Source of the DNA: Anolis carolinensis
Lineage: Eukaryota
Assembly (NCBI RefSeq): GCF_035594765.1
Contig: NC_085841.1
Coordinates: 62,727,636-62,791,635, forward strand
Direction: 5' to 3'
DNA: 64,000 bases
The notes under the pieces: model-generated
Database searches by the model: none
What the model saw: the letters and a program-made list of their open reading frames with translations, nothing else
Told to the model about the DNA's origin: nothing
Program-made: the position numbers and the translations under genes
Shown: in pieces, positions 26,349 to 39,988 of the stretch
How positions within the stretch are numbered: position 1 is the first letter of the stretch
Layout: every line of letters begins with the position of its first letter

Positions 26349-27964
26349 CACCGGTTATCAAGGGTCCAGGAAAAGAAAATTCGAGTGGTTCTTACTGTAG
26401 GAATATTGGTATCTAATACTATCTATAGCAGAGTAGGAAACAGACGGGAAAATACACAGTATACTCTGGTAAGATTTTTTTCAAAGGTAAAGGCTATTTT
26501 TATTTTTGGGGATAACACATCCCATTATTTTCTTGGTTACTTGGTTTTTGGACTCTTTCCTGGGTTTATTTGGGGCATTTTTTCAGAAAATTGTATTGGA
26601 TAGATTGCATCGGCTCAAGTTTAGATGTGGTTGGATTTATACAATTTTAGCTTGTTTCTTAAAATATCTCATCTGCAGAATTGGAATTTCATAACAAGCA
26701 TTCTTATTTAAATGGGAAATGTATGTATGTAAATTACCACTTTTGTGAATAATTACCTTTGTTTCACAACTGTTTATTTACTTTCCTTTAATACATACTG
26801 ACATAAATCTTTAAGCTTAAATGACATAGTGCATATGTTACCTGGACGTACCATGAAAAAACTGAAGACAAGAATTGTCCACAGCTCAAACAACTTATAA
26901 ATGACCTACATTTCATAGTATCAGTGAATGAAATCAAATCGTGTGCCTGGTCTTTATTTGTTCTTGTTGTGAAAAACCTTCTTGCCAACAAGAAGGCAGA
27001 CAATTACACACAATTAGTAGAGGATATGCTCTTTCATTTCCGTAACATGAGTAAAGTCCATTATCTGCACAAACACTTAGATCACTTTCTAGAGAACTGT
27101 GGTGACTTAAGTGAAGGACAAGGTGAAAGATTTCACCAAGACATAAAAACAATGGGAACCAGGTACCAAGAAAGATGGGATGCACACATGATGGCAGACT
27201 ATTGTTTGAATCTTATATGGGACTATCCTAGTAGATCCCATTCTCGAAAGTTTTACAAAAGGAGCTTCTTGTATGTTGAATGACTGGAATGTTTGTATCA
27301 AATATGTGCTTTTGGTATCAATTAAGTAGATATTTATGTGGTGTACTTTTAATTTTTAATGTCTTCTTTCATTTCTATGGGTAAACAGAGTGAAGATACA
27401 TGTCATATGTTCTATATCTCAAAACATAGAACTGATATGGGAAAACAGGTGCCATTTTTGCAATCAGTAGGTCAAATATACCCAGAAACAGTCTCATGTA
27501 TGTTGCCAGTACAGGGGTTCTCAAACTTTTTCACCTGCGGAACCCTCTTTGAAGCAAAAGTTTCTTGTGGAGCCCCAAAAATGTGTATATATTGTATTTT
27601 ATCATGCAGGAAAAGCATAATCAAAGCACCTCAACAGATGGCTACTCAGCCTTCGTAATAATAATAACAGAAATCCCAGGGTCCATCCAGTTCAACTCCC
27701 TTCTGCCATACAGGAAAAGCACAATAAAAGCAGCCCTTGAGCGGTGGGAGGGAAATAGGGTTTTGGAAGCAAGGAAGGTGAGGGAAAAGGGCTTTTGGGG
27801 GTGAGGAAGGCAAGGAAAAAAGGCTTTTGGGAGGGGGTGAGGGGGATGAGCAGGAAAGAGGAAGGAAAACTTGGGGAGGAAGAGGGAACCGTGGAGCCCC
27901 TCAATATGCTCCATAGAGCCCCAAGGGCTCCATGGTACACACTTTGAGAACCCCTGGGCCAGTG
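26349..27964 (+). mobile_element. Degenerate Chapaev (Chapaev3-like) DNA transposon with transposase C-terminal remnant; 5' boundary uncertain
   Basis: ORF 26924-27283 carries AWSLFVLVVKNLLANKKADNY..KVHYLHKHLDHFLEN..LSEGQGERFHQDIKTM..RYQ..W..MMADYC, matching recalled Chapaev transposase motifs. Imperfect subterminal inverted repeats lie at ~26545-26630 and ~27410-27495; the 3' end is CCAGTG. Confidence 0.8.
27512..27956. mobile_element. Non-autonomous hAT element inserted at the Chapaev 3' terminus, with a nested CR1 tail
   Basis: TIRs CAGGGGTTCTCAAA...TTTGAGAACCCCTG; degenerate TSD TGCCAGTA/GGCCAGTG. Confidence 0.75.
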
Positions 27965-29209
27965 TAATACATCGCAGACAAAGTCATTAGACAAAAGAAA
28001 GTTACCTAAGTATAGAAAAAGAATTGCTAATGCTGACTGTAATGTATAAGTGTAAGCCATATAGAGTCGGAGAGAGGCCCTTCTCAGACAAATGGTGATA
28101 AAATGTAATTAAAATTGTCACATTAGAATGATAGATTTTAAATAGTATAAATAAAATAGTGTCATCTGCCTTTATGATTCTCCTATGAACCAGGATGAAT
28201 AGTGTTGTTAGAGATGGCCTAGAAACACAGACAAAATAATTTAAGTTTTGTTTCTTGATTTGTTTTTTTCTCCTTTTCTCTTTGTCACATTGTACACATT
28301 TCAGTACATTTTTCATTAAAATTGATGGAAATATTTGAAAACCACATTTTAATTTATAAAGTGATCACATCGAGTTTTTAAATTTCTGTTACTGGAAATA
28401 ATTATCATAACATTGTTCTGTGCTAAAAAAACACAGGAATTTCTGAATCTTTTCCCCCAGTTCAGGTACTAAGATGTTATTCCCTTAGAGTGAAGGGAGG
28501 AAAGGCCTTGGTACTCTGGGGCATACTTTTGAATCAGAAACTTTCCTTAGTTTTATATATAATAATATATATTATACATTTATAATATATATTATGTATT
28601 TATAATATGTATTATAAATATATGTGGAACTAGGTACGACACAATATAAATACAATAAATAAACATTTATTTTGGCTCTGCTAATTTGATTTCGTAGTCT
28701 TCTTTCAGCGAGTACTTTGCTTGGTCAGTTTTTGACAGGAAAAGAGGCTTTGTAGCTTTTCTCTACACAGGGACAGAAACCTGTTTATTTTGACATAAAA
28801 GGGATGTGGTATTAGTTGTGAATTATGAAGGAAGTGGAAGACTTTTGTATTTATAGTATTAATGTCATTATTCAAGGAATTAGCATAATGTAAAGGCACT
28901 TTGATAATGATACTACCTCCAGGTGGAAGTAATAGCTTTTAATTTTTCTCTTCCAATCTGAATGGATGGAAAGAACATATTGGCCCAGCACTTACTGTGA
29001 ATAATTCCTACTATTATAATTCACAATAATGTGATAAATGGATCTATTTTAAATGCTGAAATAAATGTTTTAAACAATATTTTTTGAATAAGTGTATTTT
29101 TCAACCTTTGCTTGGTTGCTTTTCCAAAACTTGACAGATATAATGGATTACAGAAATCGGTACTGTTCCATTATCCGGGCAGAGGCCACCAGGGAGAAGG
29201 ATTAGAGAG

Positions 29210-29342
29210 NNNNNNNNNNNNNNNNNNNNNNNNNNNNNNNNNNNNNNNNNNNNNNNNNNNNNNNNNNNNNNNNNNNNNNNNNNNNNNNNNNNNNNNNNNN
29301 NNNNNNNNNNNNNNNNNNNNNNNNNNNNNNNNNNNNNNNNNN
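29210..29342. other. Assembly gap (133 N)
   Basis: Run of n. Confidence 1.
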
Positions 29343-31539
29343 CCATTTTCCTGTTATTTCCCCCACCCATGTCCCAGTCATGGAAACAACCCTCGTTTAT
29401 GAATTGGGAAGCAGGGAGGGGGGAATAACCAGAGAAAATGGGATATACAGTGTTCCCTCACATATTGCAGGGGTTATGTTCCAGGACCACCCGCAATAAG
29501 TGAAAATCTATGAAGTAGGGATACTATATTTCAATACTTATACATTATTTTAGTAGTTATACACTATTTTAAGTCTTTATCAACCAATCATGTGTTGATA
29601 AATCGTCTCCTTCTCTTCTCATTGCCTCTTGGGCTCGTTTTCGCTAAAATTCTTCAGGGACATGATTAGTAAGTACAGTAAATGTATATAGAGAGAATAT
29701 AAAACTATATTATTCTGTTACTATTGTCAAATTAATATAACTAAATATTAGTTTTAAAAGGGAAAACATATCACAAAACTGCCTTGCTTTGTTGTCCCAA
29801 ATTGCTCATGGTCCATCTCAAGAAAAATGATGTTCTGTGACCCTCCTTGATCACATTTCTAACCCTGAAATGACTTTTAACACCCATGTCTGATGAAGAT
29901 ATCTGGGAGCGGCAAAATCCTATGTAACATATTTTGTACCTTTTAGTTAAGCTAATAGAGGCATCTTTTTTTTTAAAAAAAAATTGCTATATGCTTCTTC
30001 ACGCCCAATATAGCTATCCCTGGATGTAGTTCTGTCTGCAATGAGCCTGCTGCTGCTACTTTTATTATTACAGTATTATATTCATTTATTTATTTATATC
30101 TGCTTTTCTCTCAGAACGGAGACCCAGAGCAGCTCACAACCTTAAAAACAATACAGTTAAAAATGTACTAAATATAAATATTAAAATTAAATTCAATTAT
30201 TCAGTTAAACTTTCATTAAAATGAATAAGTAAAAGCTGTTTATTTAGCTGCCCAAATATCTTAAAGGCACTAATCCTGTTTCACCTTGGAAGCCAAGCAG
30301 GGCTCATCCTTGAGTATTTCTTGCCTAAGAAAACACTGAAATTTACAGGATCCCGATAAGTTGACAGACGACTTGAAGGGTGTGTACACACACACACACA
30401 CACAACGGGTCATATAAATCTTTAAACATAACATTTGAAGACTTCCCCCTTTTCCCTGCCTCTAAAACCCTTCTGTCTTTGCTGCATGCTAATTTTTAAT
30501 AAAAAATGTAATTATTTTCATATTCTCAGTCATTAGAACCAAAGAAAGGACTCCATAGAGACTGCGGTTCCCTCTTGTTCATTAACTAATCGTAATGGCT
30601 AAAACATTTCAGAGGCATGCTCTATGTGTTCCAGTGTTCCAGACAAAATATCTGTGTTTATAAAGTGTGTATGTATGACTTTAAATGTCCAGGGAGCAGT
30701 TGGATCTCCAGCCACTGAATATTAATCTACTGATGATATAGGAATTGATTTTCAGTTTACTAGCATGTTCGAGTACAATCCAACAAGCAGTAGAATTATT
30801 CATTGTTTCAATATGTAGACTGCCACATCTGGGGAGCCCAGCATAGATAACTCATAAAATCCAGAATAGCATATTCATTAAAATATAAAGATGTATGCCC
30901 AAAGTTTTTTGTGTGTGAAAAAGTACTTGTTCACTGCATTTTGCATTGTGTTTGGGGAGGAAGGCAGCAAGCAAGTAAGCAGGCAGAGAAAGGTTCTTCC
31001 CTCCCTTTGTCCAGGCAGCATAGGACATATGAACAGCAGGCTTCTGCGTACAGGGGACCAGCGGACAGCTACGGTGACAGTGCAAGTTGTAGTAAAATGG
31101 GCCTAAAGATACCAGAACCTGTCTGATTTTGAAAGCTAAGCAGTGTCAGCTTTAATTAGTACTTGGATTGAAGATGGCCAGTTGATACCCCCAGATGCTG
31201 TAGGCTATATTTCAGAGGAAGGAAATGTCCCAACCAACTTGCCTATGAAATTATTAAGGTCACCATAAGTCGAAGCATAAGTCAAAGCATATAACATACG
31301 TTGTAGTAAAAAGTGCCAAGTGGGAGCATTTACCCTTGGTGAAAGGGGTATTCTCTGTACGGAAGTTTGGCTTTATAGATATGTTTTAATAATTAAGTGA
31401 TAAGATGTCAATGTGGCTTTTTCCTAAGAAAAAGAATCTAAGGCAGCAGTTTTACCTTTTAAGATGGTAGTTTTCAAATAAATAGCGTATTGGTCTCTTG
31501 AAACCTTTTTAAAAAGGAAGGAGGACTTTTCAGATTAAC

Positions 31540-31950
31540 TGGTTTTTATTTTTGCAAGAGCTTTTATTCATATAAACCCACTTCTTCAGATGCAGTACCG
31601 AGAGGTATTAAGGCCTCTGGTATAAAACATATTTATATAACTGGGAGTGATATACTGTAATAGTATCCAGAAAGATGCATTGAAAACTATCACTGATAAG
31701 TTTATACGTGTTTTGTTATATATATGAGGACTCTTGCATTAATATATGCATTAATATATGCAGTATGCAATGAAGCCATAATCTTTGTTCATACCTCTGT
31801 TAATGAATTGGAACATTATTCAATTTTGCAGTTATTTTTTATAGTATTCCTTTGTAATTTCCTGTTTAAGAACCTCAGCCTGTAAATCACTTACTGTGTG
31901 ATGAGGAATGTTTAATTTTTTTGCATTTGGTATTTGGATAAGTTGAATAT
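31540..31950 (-). mobile_element. Old Penelope-like fragment with degenerate hammerhead-like terminus
   Basis: Minus strand gcatctgaagaagtgggttt...aaagctcttgcaaaataaa terminal motif; upstream sequence loosely resembles a GIY-YIG C-terminus. Confidence 0.45.
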
Positions 31951-34439
31951 CCCTTACCAGAAATTACCTCCACATGGGTGGTTCAGTTACTAACACCTAT
32001 GCTTTCTGACAGTTCACTATACACAAACTTTGTTTCATGCACAAAATTACTAAAAGTATTTTATAAAATTAACTTTAGGCTATTTTTATAAGGTGTATAT
32101 AAAACATATGCACAATATCCTATTTTGTGTCTGTGTGCATGCACACAGACATACACACACAGAGATATTCCAAAAACCCAAAATAAATCTAAAATCCAAA
32201 ACACTTCTAGTCCCAGCTGTTTTGCATAAGCAACCTGTACTTGTTCTCAACTGGGAACAGTAAGTGACTACTAGTGATGTTCTGTCAATTTGTGTTTTTG
32301 ATTTGTCCTGTGGTCAGTGAGTACTTCAAAGTGTATAGCAGGCATAGGCAAATTTTGGTCCTCCAGATGTTTTGAACTTCAACTCCCACAATTCCTAACA
32401 GCTTATCGGCTGTTAGGAATTGTGGAAGCTGAAGTCCAAAACACCTGCAGGGCTAAAGTTTGCCCATGCCTGCTGTACTGTATATGTAAGAACTGATACT
32501 TTATAAATGTCATTTCCTAATTTATTCTACCATAAAGACACAGAAAACATTTATTAAACTGCAAAAAACTTTGTTTTTGCGGGTCATCCTGTAGCACATT
32601 TCAGTCACTTCACCAGCTGTTAGGATTTCTGGTAGTTGAAGGCCAAAACATCTGGGGACCCACAGATTGAGAACTACTGTCATAGAGTCTCAATCAATTC
32701 AACATAGTTTGTGGCAGCCACAAAAATGAAGTTTCTGGAGTATAACAACTGCTTTCAAAGTAAGTGCCCACAATTGAACAGGAAACAACACTTTCAAACT
32801 AGAAATAAGATTTTGTTACATAATGTTATTTATGTGACTGTTTTATGCTGAGTCATTATGACATCTTGCTAGATTAATGTGAATATTTCCTTACATCTTG
32901 AGTTTGTTGTCTGTTGCCGTCTTATATTTTTTAGCTGTAGTAACATAAGGCTAGATTGTTCTTATTCTGTTTGTTGTTTTATTCACTTTGCTCATACTGT
33001 TTTATTTAAATTATATACAGGGCAAAAATAGTATTTGATATTTTGTATATTTTACCATTCATAATGCCACAATGAATGGTAATATTTTAAATAACAAGCT
33101 CCCAGAAACATTTGTTTGGCCTACATAGCATGTTACAAGAGATTACACTTTCGGAGTCTTTTCCCTCACATTCATATTTTCCAAATTACTACTTAATATC
33201 AATTTTAAAAACTTTTTAAAAATCCCTCTGAGAAGTGCAGAACAGCTTGTTAAATAGAATGCAACATGTGGAACTTCTCATGGTGTTCTTTCTATCATGT
33301 TTTTATGACAGTAGCTAAAAGAAAGGATGAAAGGAATCTTATTGTTTGTAAGAATACTTGTATTCATTCACTGACATACTTATAATGGTTCCTTTATAGC
33401 TTTTTGCAGTGTCAGTGATGTTTCTTGCTGTATAGTTGACTAAAATGACCATTTGAAGTTCTCTATTTTTTCCTAAAAACAGTTTAGAGTATGAAAATTC
33501 AATCTTTGAAATGTCATTTGTTCATTCAGTTATTGCAAATGATTATGTATGACCCTTTGAGGGGTTTTAAAAAATCTTTAAAGTGAAAAGTATTAAGGAT
33601 AGAAAAAATTAAAGTAATATATATTCAGTGTAGAGATGTCAAATTTCCCACAATGTGGAAGGGATCAATTTTAATCCCCCCCTCCCCCCCGGGATGGTGG
33701 TGGAATACATTTTCCAAAAAAAGGAGTGATATTGGCATTGATTGAATGTCCTGAATTGTCAGGATTCTTTTTACTTTTGTTGGTTTGTTAGGAGTGGATA
33801 AAACACTAAAGAAATAAAATAGATGAAACCACTGGCATTAACAAATTTGTGCAAATTATTTCTTCTCCATAGTGTGAAGGTACCATAAGGCATTTATTGC
33901 TATAAAAAGAAAGAAGGGATACTAGACCAGCTATTGTGGTGTTTATTGATTATTATAAGAAACTTCTGCAATCTATTTCACCAATTTTTCCATTCCCCCC
34001 CCTGGGAAATAGAGGTATGGGTGAGGGTTTTCTCCTGTTTCTTCATTTTTTTAAGTTAATGTGTTTTTAGTCTCATGTCTAATATCTTACTGAAAAATAA
34101 TCAGGAAAATAAAATGTGTTTCATTTGTACAACAGACCCCATACACATTTGAAGGTTCATGACTTTAAATGTAATTTTGGTGTTGTTGTTACTGTTTTCT
34201 CATTGATCTTTTCCACCCAAGATCCAATAGTTTGTTTAGTGAAGTACTTACATAAGTGGAACTGAAAGGAGTCTCTTGTTCTCTTGATCCCCCCCATGTC
34301 TTGTCAGCACTTCCTCCAGATATCTGAGTAGTCCTCCAAAACTGAAATTTATTTCTATTGACTTTTCTTGCTTTGGGATTTTTAAAACTTTCAGAAGTGG
34401 AGGGAAAAGTTATTTTCTATTCATGTGTTGATCTTTTGA

Positions 34440-34610
<171 letters not shown>

Positions 34611-35504
34611 TAATTTTTTTAATCATTTCAATAAATCTATGCATAGTCACTTAGAACAATACAGCTTCTCCATACCCCCTGAAGCGACTCTTGAGAGCAC
34701 ATGGTAAACTTTATCAAAGGCTTGCAGCCAACTTTTAGGGTCGACAGCATCTCATTTAGATACAATACAAAAATACTTGCTCAACTGGGAGAGGTAATTT
34801 ACTCTTTTCTCCAGCACTGACCTTTTAGGTACTTCACTGCTGTAAACCTTCCCAACTTAGAGAAATTGCTCCTAAACTTGTATATTTTATAAGTCCAAAG
34901 GATCTCTTCTCCTTCATCAAGGTTGCAATTTTGTTCAGTCCCTCTTGTCCAATCTGAGATGCTGGCTAGAGCCTTGGATCTGCACTCCCCTGCCAATGAA
35001 TTTTTATTTTTGGCTACTCAGAACCATGAATGAATGCCAAAAATCTAAATTCATTGGCAGGGGAGTCCTGATCCAAGGTCAGTATCATTTCTAGCATCGT
35101 CCTTCTTAGACTCTTCTCCTATCCAATAGCATGGTGTTTTTGAACACACTGCTATTATTTCCCTGCTATAGGTAGTGTCCCACTTTTGCCAGTTTTCTTT
35201 CTGAATCTCTTGAAACCCACTGAATTGGCATTGCATCCATTTAGATGTGTAAAGGATTATTGCATTCATGGTGGTTAGAAGAAAGAGCTTTCAATCTTGG
35301 AAAGGGTTTTACATATAGAATGGAGGCCCTCAGAAATGGATACTTAACTGCTCACAATACATTTCAGAGTGGGTTACCACTACCATTTGCCTGTATTGTG
35401 GCCAAGGAACTGCTGCTTCCTTCAATCAAGAGTTTTTCTCCCGATAAGTTTTCTCTCTTAATATTCCATAGCTAGATATTTGTAGTTGTTTGTAATTCTG
35501 ATAA

Positions 35505-35699
<195 letters not shown>

Positions 35700-37594
35700 T
35701 AAGATGAATGAATGTTTGCATACTAACTTGTATATTTGGGTGGGAATTGAAATCCTGCCAATAATGTTTTGTTTTTTCTTTCAAAAATTGATTCCTCTCT
35801 GTAAGTCTTGGTGATTGTCTTGCTTTTTCAGGAAGTATAACTTATGCTTCTCTAGACTTGGGAACAGGAGTTTAAACTTGGAATAATTAGCATCATGCTG
35901 CATTAGCATAAGTTATGATCTAGCAGAAGTCATGATTCAAGAATGTATTGAAATGAGTAAAAAAAAGTAGATTTCTATGTAGTTGCAAGCTTTTTTTTCT
36001 TCTTCAGGGCATATTGAACCCCAATACATTTAAGTGTTTCATGAGAAAAATGTTTAAATTGAATTTTTAAAGTCAGCGAAGGTGAAGGGATTAATCATGG
36101 AAGCCAGTTTCTGAATATGGAAATGTTGACATGCATTTTTTGCTTTGATTTTGTAATGTTTAAGAAAAGGGGGGAAATAATTACATTAATGGATAGATAA
36201 CTCATTGATTAATTGGTCTACTCAAATTTGGGACTTAGCCACTTTATATATTTTTTATTATTAGACATGTTCTGTTTTCTGAGAAACTGGTGCCCATTTG
36301 CTGATGAACAGTAGTGTCATTTGCTTTGCTGATAACATTTAAAATCTTACTAGTAAGTGGAAAATGACATTTCCTCAGTGTACCCTTCCAGTTGGACCCT
36401 CCTTATTCATTTTATTTTGCTAAGGCTCTGGTCAGCCTTGTCTATAATGATCTTTAAGTGTTTCCTAGTCAGTAAAACCATAAGAGAAAATTTCATTTCC
36501 CATTTTATTGAGTCCATTTTTTCCTCATTCAACAGATAAAGTGCTACTCCTGTGGGAATCTGCATGTTCATGTTGAAGCCGATAAAACAACCCATCTTAA
36601 ATTTGCAAATATTTTACATGAAATCATGCACACACACACATGCATATGAGAACATGCACACCCCACACATGCATGCACCACCACTACCATCAAATCATAT
36701 ATCATATATGTCCCACAAAGAGATAAAAAAAATCCAGGCTTTGCAGCGACACAGGGGCACATCCCCATGCAATTGAAGCACAGATAGTTCTAGATCAGGC
36801 ATGGGCGAATTTCAGCCCTCCAGGTGTTTTGGATTTCAACTCACACAAATTCTAATAGCTAGTAAGCTAGCTGGGATTTCTGGGAGTTGAAGTCCAAATC
36901 TCCTGAACCACTATCAATGTATAGGTGGAACATAAGGGTTCATACATTTTCTATGATGTTGCTTTTTAAAGCATTCCACGTAAATATGCTTTATTTCACG
37001 GCAGTTCTGGCCAGTACCAGATCTGTGATTTTTTAATATAGTCAACAAAATTTTCAGTAGTGTTTTAATAGTGGCTTTGGGGGGGGGGGTCTCATCAAAA
37101 TCATGCATATCAATAAATGTCCCTTTTTAATTTGAGATCTAACTTACCTACATTGTCCTATGACAGCCATTTTGTAATTTTCCCCTTAAGACTTTTGAAC
37201 CTTTTAAAATCTGTCCATGGGCCTAAAAAGGTGGTGGATTCCTGATATATTATGAGCCAAAATGACTCATTCTACATATTACTTACAGGGGAAAATTGTA
37301 AAAAGTTCTTTCTCATTTGAAATGTTTTTTTCTGATCATACTTCACACTGTTGAGATATGAGCTATCAGCCTGTCCAGCTAGAAATATTGTTTTCCAAAA
37401 AGAAAAAAATGTGGTCTTTGAAGGGCTGTGGAAAGTCTCTACTGAAGCCATGATGTCCATTAGCACCATATTGAGAGGAGGCAGCACCAGGGGTTAGTCA
37501 CAATTCTTTGTCAAATGTCACTAGAAAGATATTTCAAAGAATATTGAAATATATTTAAAAACATGCTACTGCTTTGTTTCATTCATTCTTTTAA

Positions 37595-37708
<114 letters not shown>

Positions 37709-39782
37709 TAAAAGACTCACTATTTCTTAACCATGAATTCTTCAGAATATAACATACAGCAGTATCTGCTGAGTACCATGGTCATTACGACAACAATTAA
37801 TAACTGAACTTCTGTGTTTAGAAGTGAAATATAGATTGCTTTAATGTCATTTTATCTCATCCCAATGGCTCAGCATCTTTCTAACATCCCTTATTACTAA
37901 AATTTAGTGCAATCAGATCACTGTAGATTACGTTGAAAATTCTGATTAATTTGACTGTATATTTCCGATTTAGCACAAATTGATTACTCAAAACATCTGA
38001 TGAAATGTGCTAATTTATTTGTCATTAAAAATTTGATCATGTCACCCAAGAAAAAGAGTATACGAGAGACATTAACAAATGGACCAGTGCAAGGATAGAC
38101 AGATTCTATGGATGGTGAGACACACTACATCTGACAGGGTTTCACTGTACCCTCCACATCATTATACAGTGAGCCCTCAATATTTGTGGAAGATTGATTT
38201 CAGAACCCACCACAGATACCATAAACCAAGGGTGCTCATGTCCCTGTTACGGCAGCAGTATAGATGTGGACAAGACCCATATGAACAGCACGAGCCCACT
38301 ATATACACAATGACAGAATTAGTCACCAAAACTCACACCTTGTATGTCCTTTGTGGACAGTCTCCGAATCCAAATGCTCTGGAGGTTGTACCATAATTTG
38401 ATAGCTGCTCCCAAGAGGTACACTACTTCCTTGTTTGCCATGTGCTAAATTGCAGTGCCAGCTCCCAACAGTTTCCTGTAATAGGGGAAAGTGGCATAGT
38501 GTCCTCCTGTTCCATGGAGCCCCACAGTCTGGCAGGGCAGAGTGCCTCCTTTCTTTTTCGTATAAAAAATTATAAATACTGTTTTTGTGGTGTGTAGAAA
38601 TGCAGCAATGGCAGCAGCAGAAACCCTATACTTGCCCACTTATTATAATGCTCTCTTAATTATGGCATTCACTTTTTCCCATTCAGATTAAAAATAAAGG
38701 TAACCATGTTAGCCAAAAGAAAGAAAATGAGAGTAATAAGTCAGCTAAAAGCTAACTAAGTATTACGCAAACTTTCACGTTCGCCAGAACTGTTACTCAA
38801 ACAAGATGTGGCATTAGGGATTGAGGTTTAAGATAAGGAGACTTATCCAGTTTCAATTTTTATATGAAAAGTGGAAGGAGCCTTTAGTTGTTCAGATTAG
38901 GCTGTTTCATGAACTGAAATCATTTCAGGCACCTGGGACTCTCCAAAGGGGTTTTCAAAAGAAGAAAAGGGTTGGGGATGGTTTCTTGGTTGATAAAGCA
39001 TTCTGGAGAACTGAAAACCTTATCAAATATGTTGTGATTTTTCAGTTGGATTATGATGATACCAAATGCCATATGTACCCATGTATGACTCAGTGGTAAG
39101 TTTTGGGGCCAAAATTAGGACCTTTTTATGAATAAATCGAGTTTATATTAAAAATACCCTTCTTCCTCTCTCCACCACAGTGGGGAAGTGCCAAAGAGTA
39201 TTTACATTTATCCATACATAAGGTCATTCAGGTTTTGGAGGTTGATTTTTTGTCAATGTTTAAAACATTCACAGATATATATGGTAAGGCTTTTGAAAAA
39301 TTACGGCATTGTTTAGGCAATTATCTAGTTTGTAAAAATAAAAATCAGAGTTAACCAATCTTAGGGAATTGCACATTATAGAGATGCGAGGAAATTGGCC
39401 AAGGTAACATTCTTCCCATTCAGCCAACAGAAAAAACTCAGGTGCATTAAAGTTTCCCATTGGTAGTAGCGGCCCTTCTATCCATAAGAGGCATTTGCTG
39501 GATGCAGCCCATTGTCATTCCTTATTTAATGTATGTTTTCTGTTGCAACAGTTAAGGTGGTACTGACTGTTTTAGAAGATACCACATTTCATCCTTGGGC
39601 ATCTAAAATGGCTTTACATTCTTGAAGGTATTGAGGTGTTTTGTTTATTCCTAGAATATCTGTGTGTTTAATTTAAATTGAAAGTGAACTCATTCTTTTA
39701 AAAGTATATGTTGCATCTGATTTAGACGTTTCTAGAACATACATTAGTATGATAATCTCTAATAATTTCCCCTTTTTTCCAG

Positions 39783-39847
39783 GTGAAAAGGGTGTGAGGG
39801 TTGAACTCAACAAACCTTCTGATTCAAATGGGAAAGACCTTTTATAA
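39783..39847 (+). CDS. EGLN1: EGLN1 exon 5 (terminal coding part)
   Basis: ccag|(G)EKGVRVELNKPSDSNGKDLL*. The five exons total 1290 nt = 429 aa plus stop, with consistent phases. Confidence 0.95.
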
Positions 39848-39970
39848 AGCCTTCGATCTAGCAATTCCTTGGCTCTTCTCCTCCTGCCCCCAAACAGTCC
39901 TTGGCGCTGTCTGTAACTTTTGAATGTGAATATTAAGATAAAGGAAAATCAACGCCAAATCAACACTTGG

Positions 39971-39988
39971 AATAAACCAATCAATAAA
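39971..39988 (+). terminator. Proximal poly(A) signals of EGLN1
   Basis: AATAAA at 39971-39976 and 39983-39988. Confidence 0.5.

Noticed and set aside
29101-29402. ORFs spanning the N-run
   Set aside because: Artefacts of the assembly gap.
31705-31710. Intronic TACGTG HRE core
   Set aside because: Isolated hexamer inside an old repeat fragment in AT-rich DNA; expected by chance.
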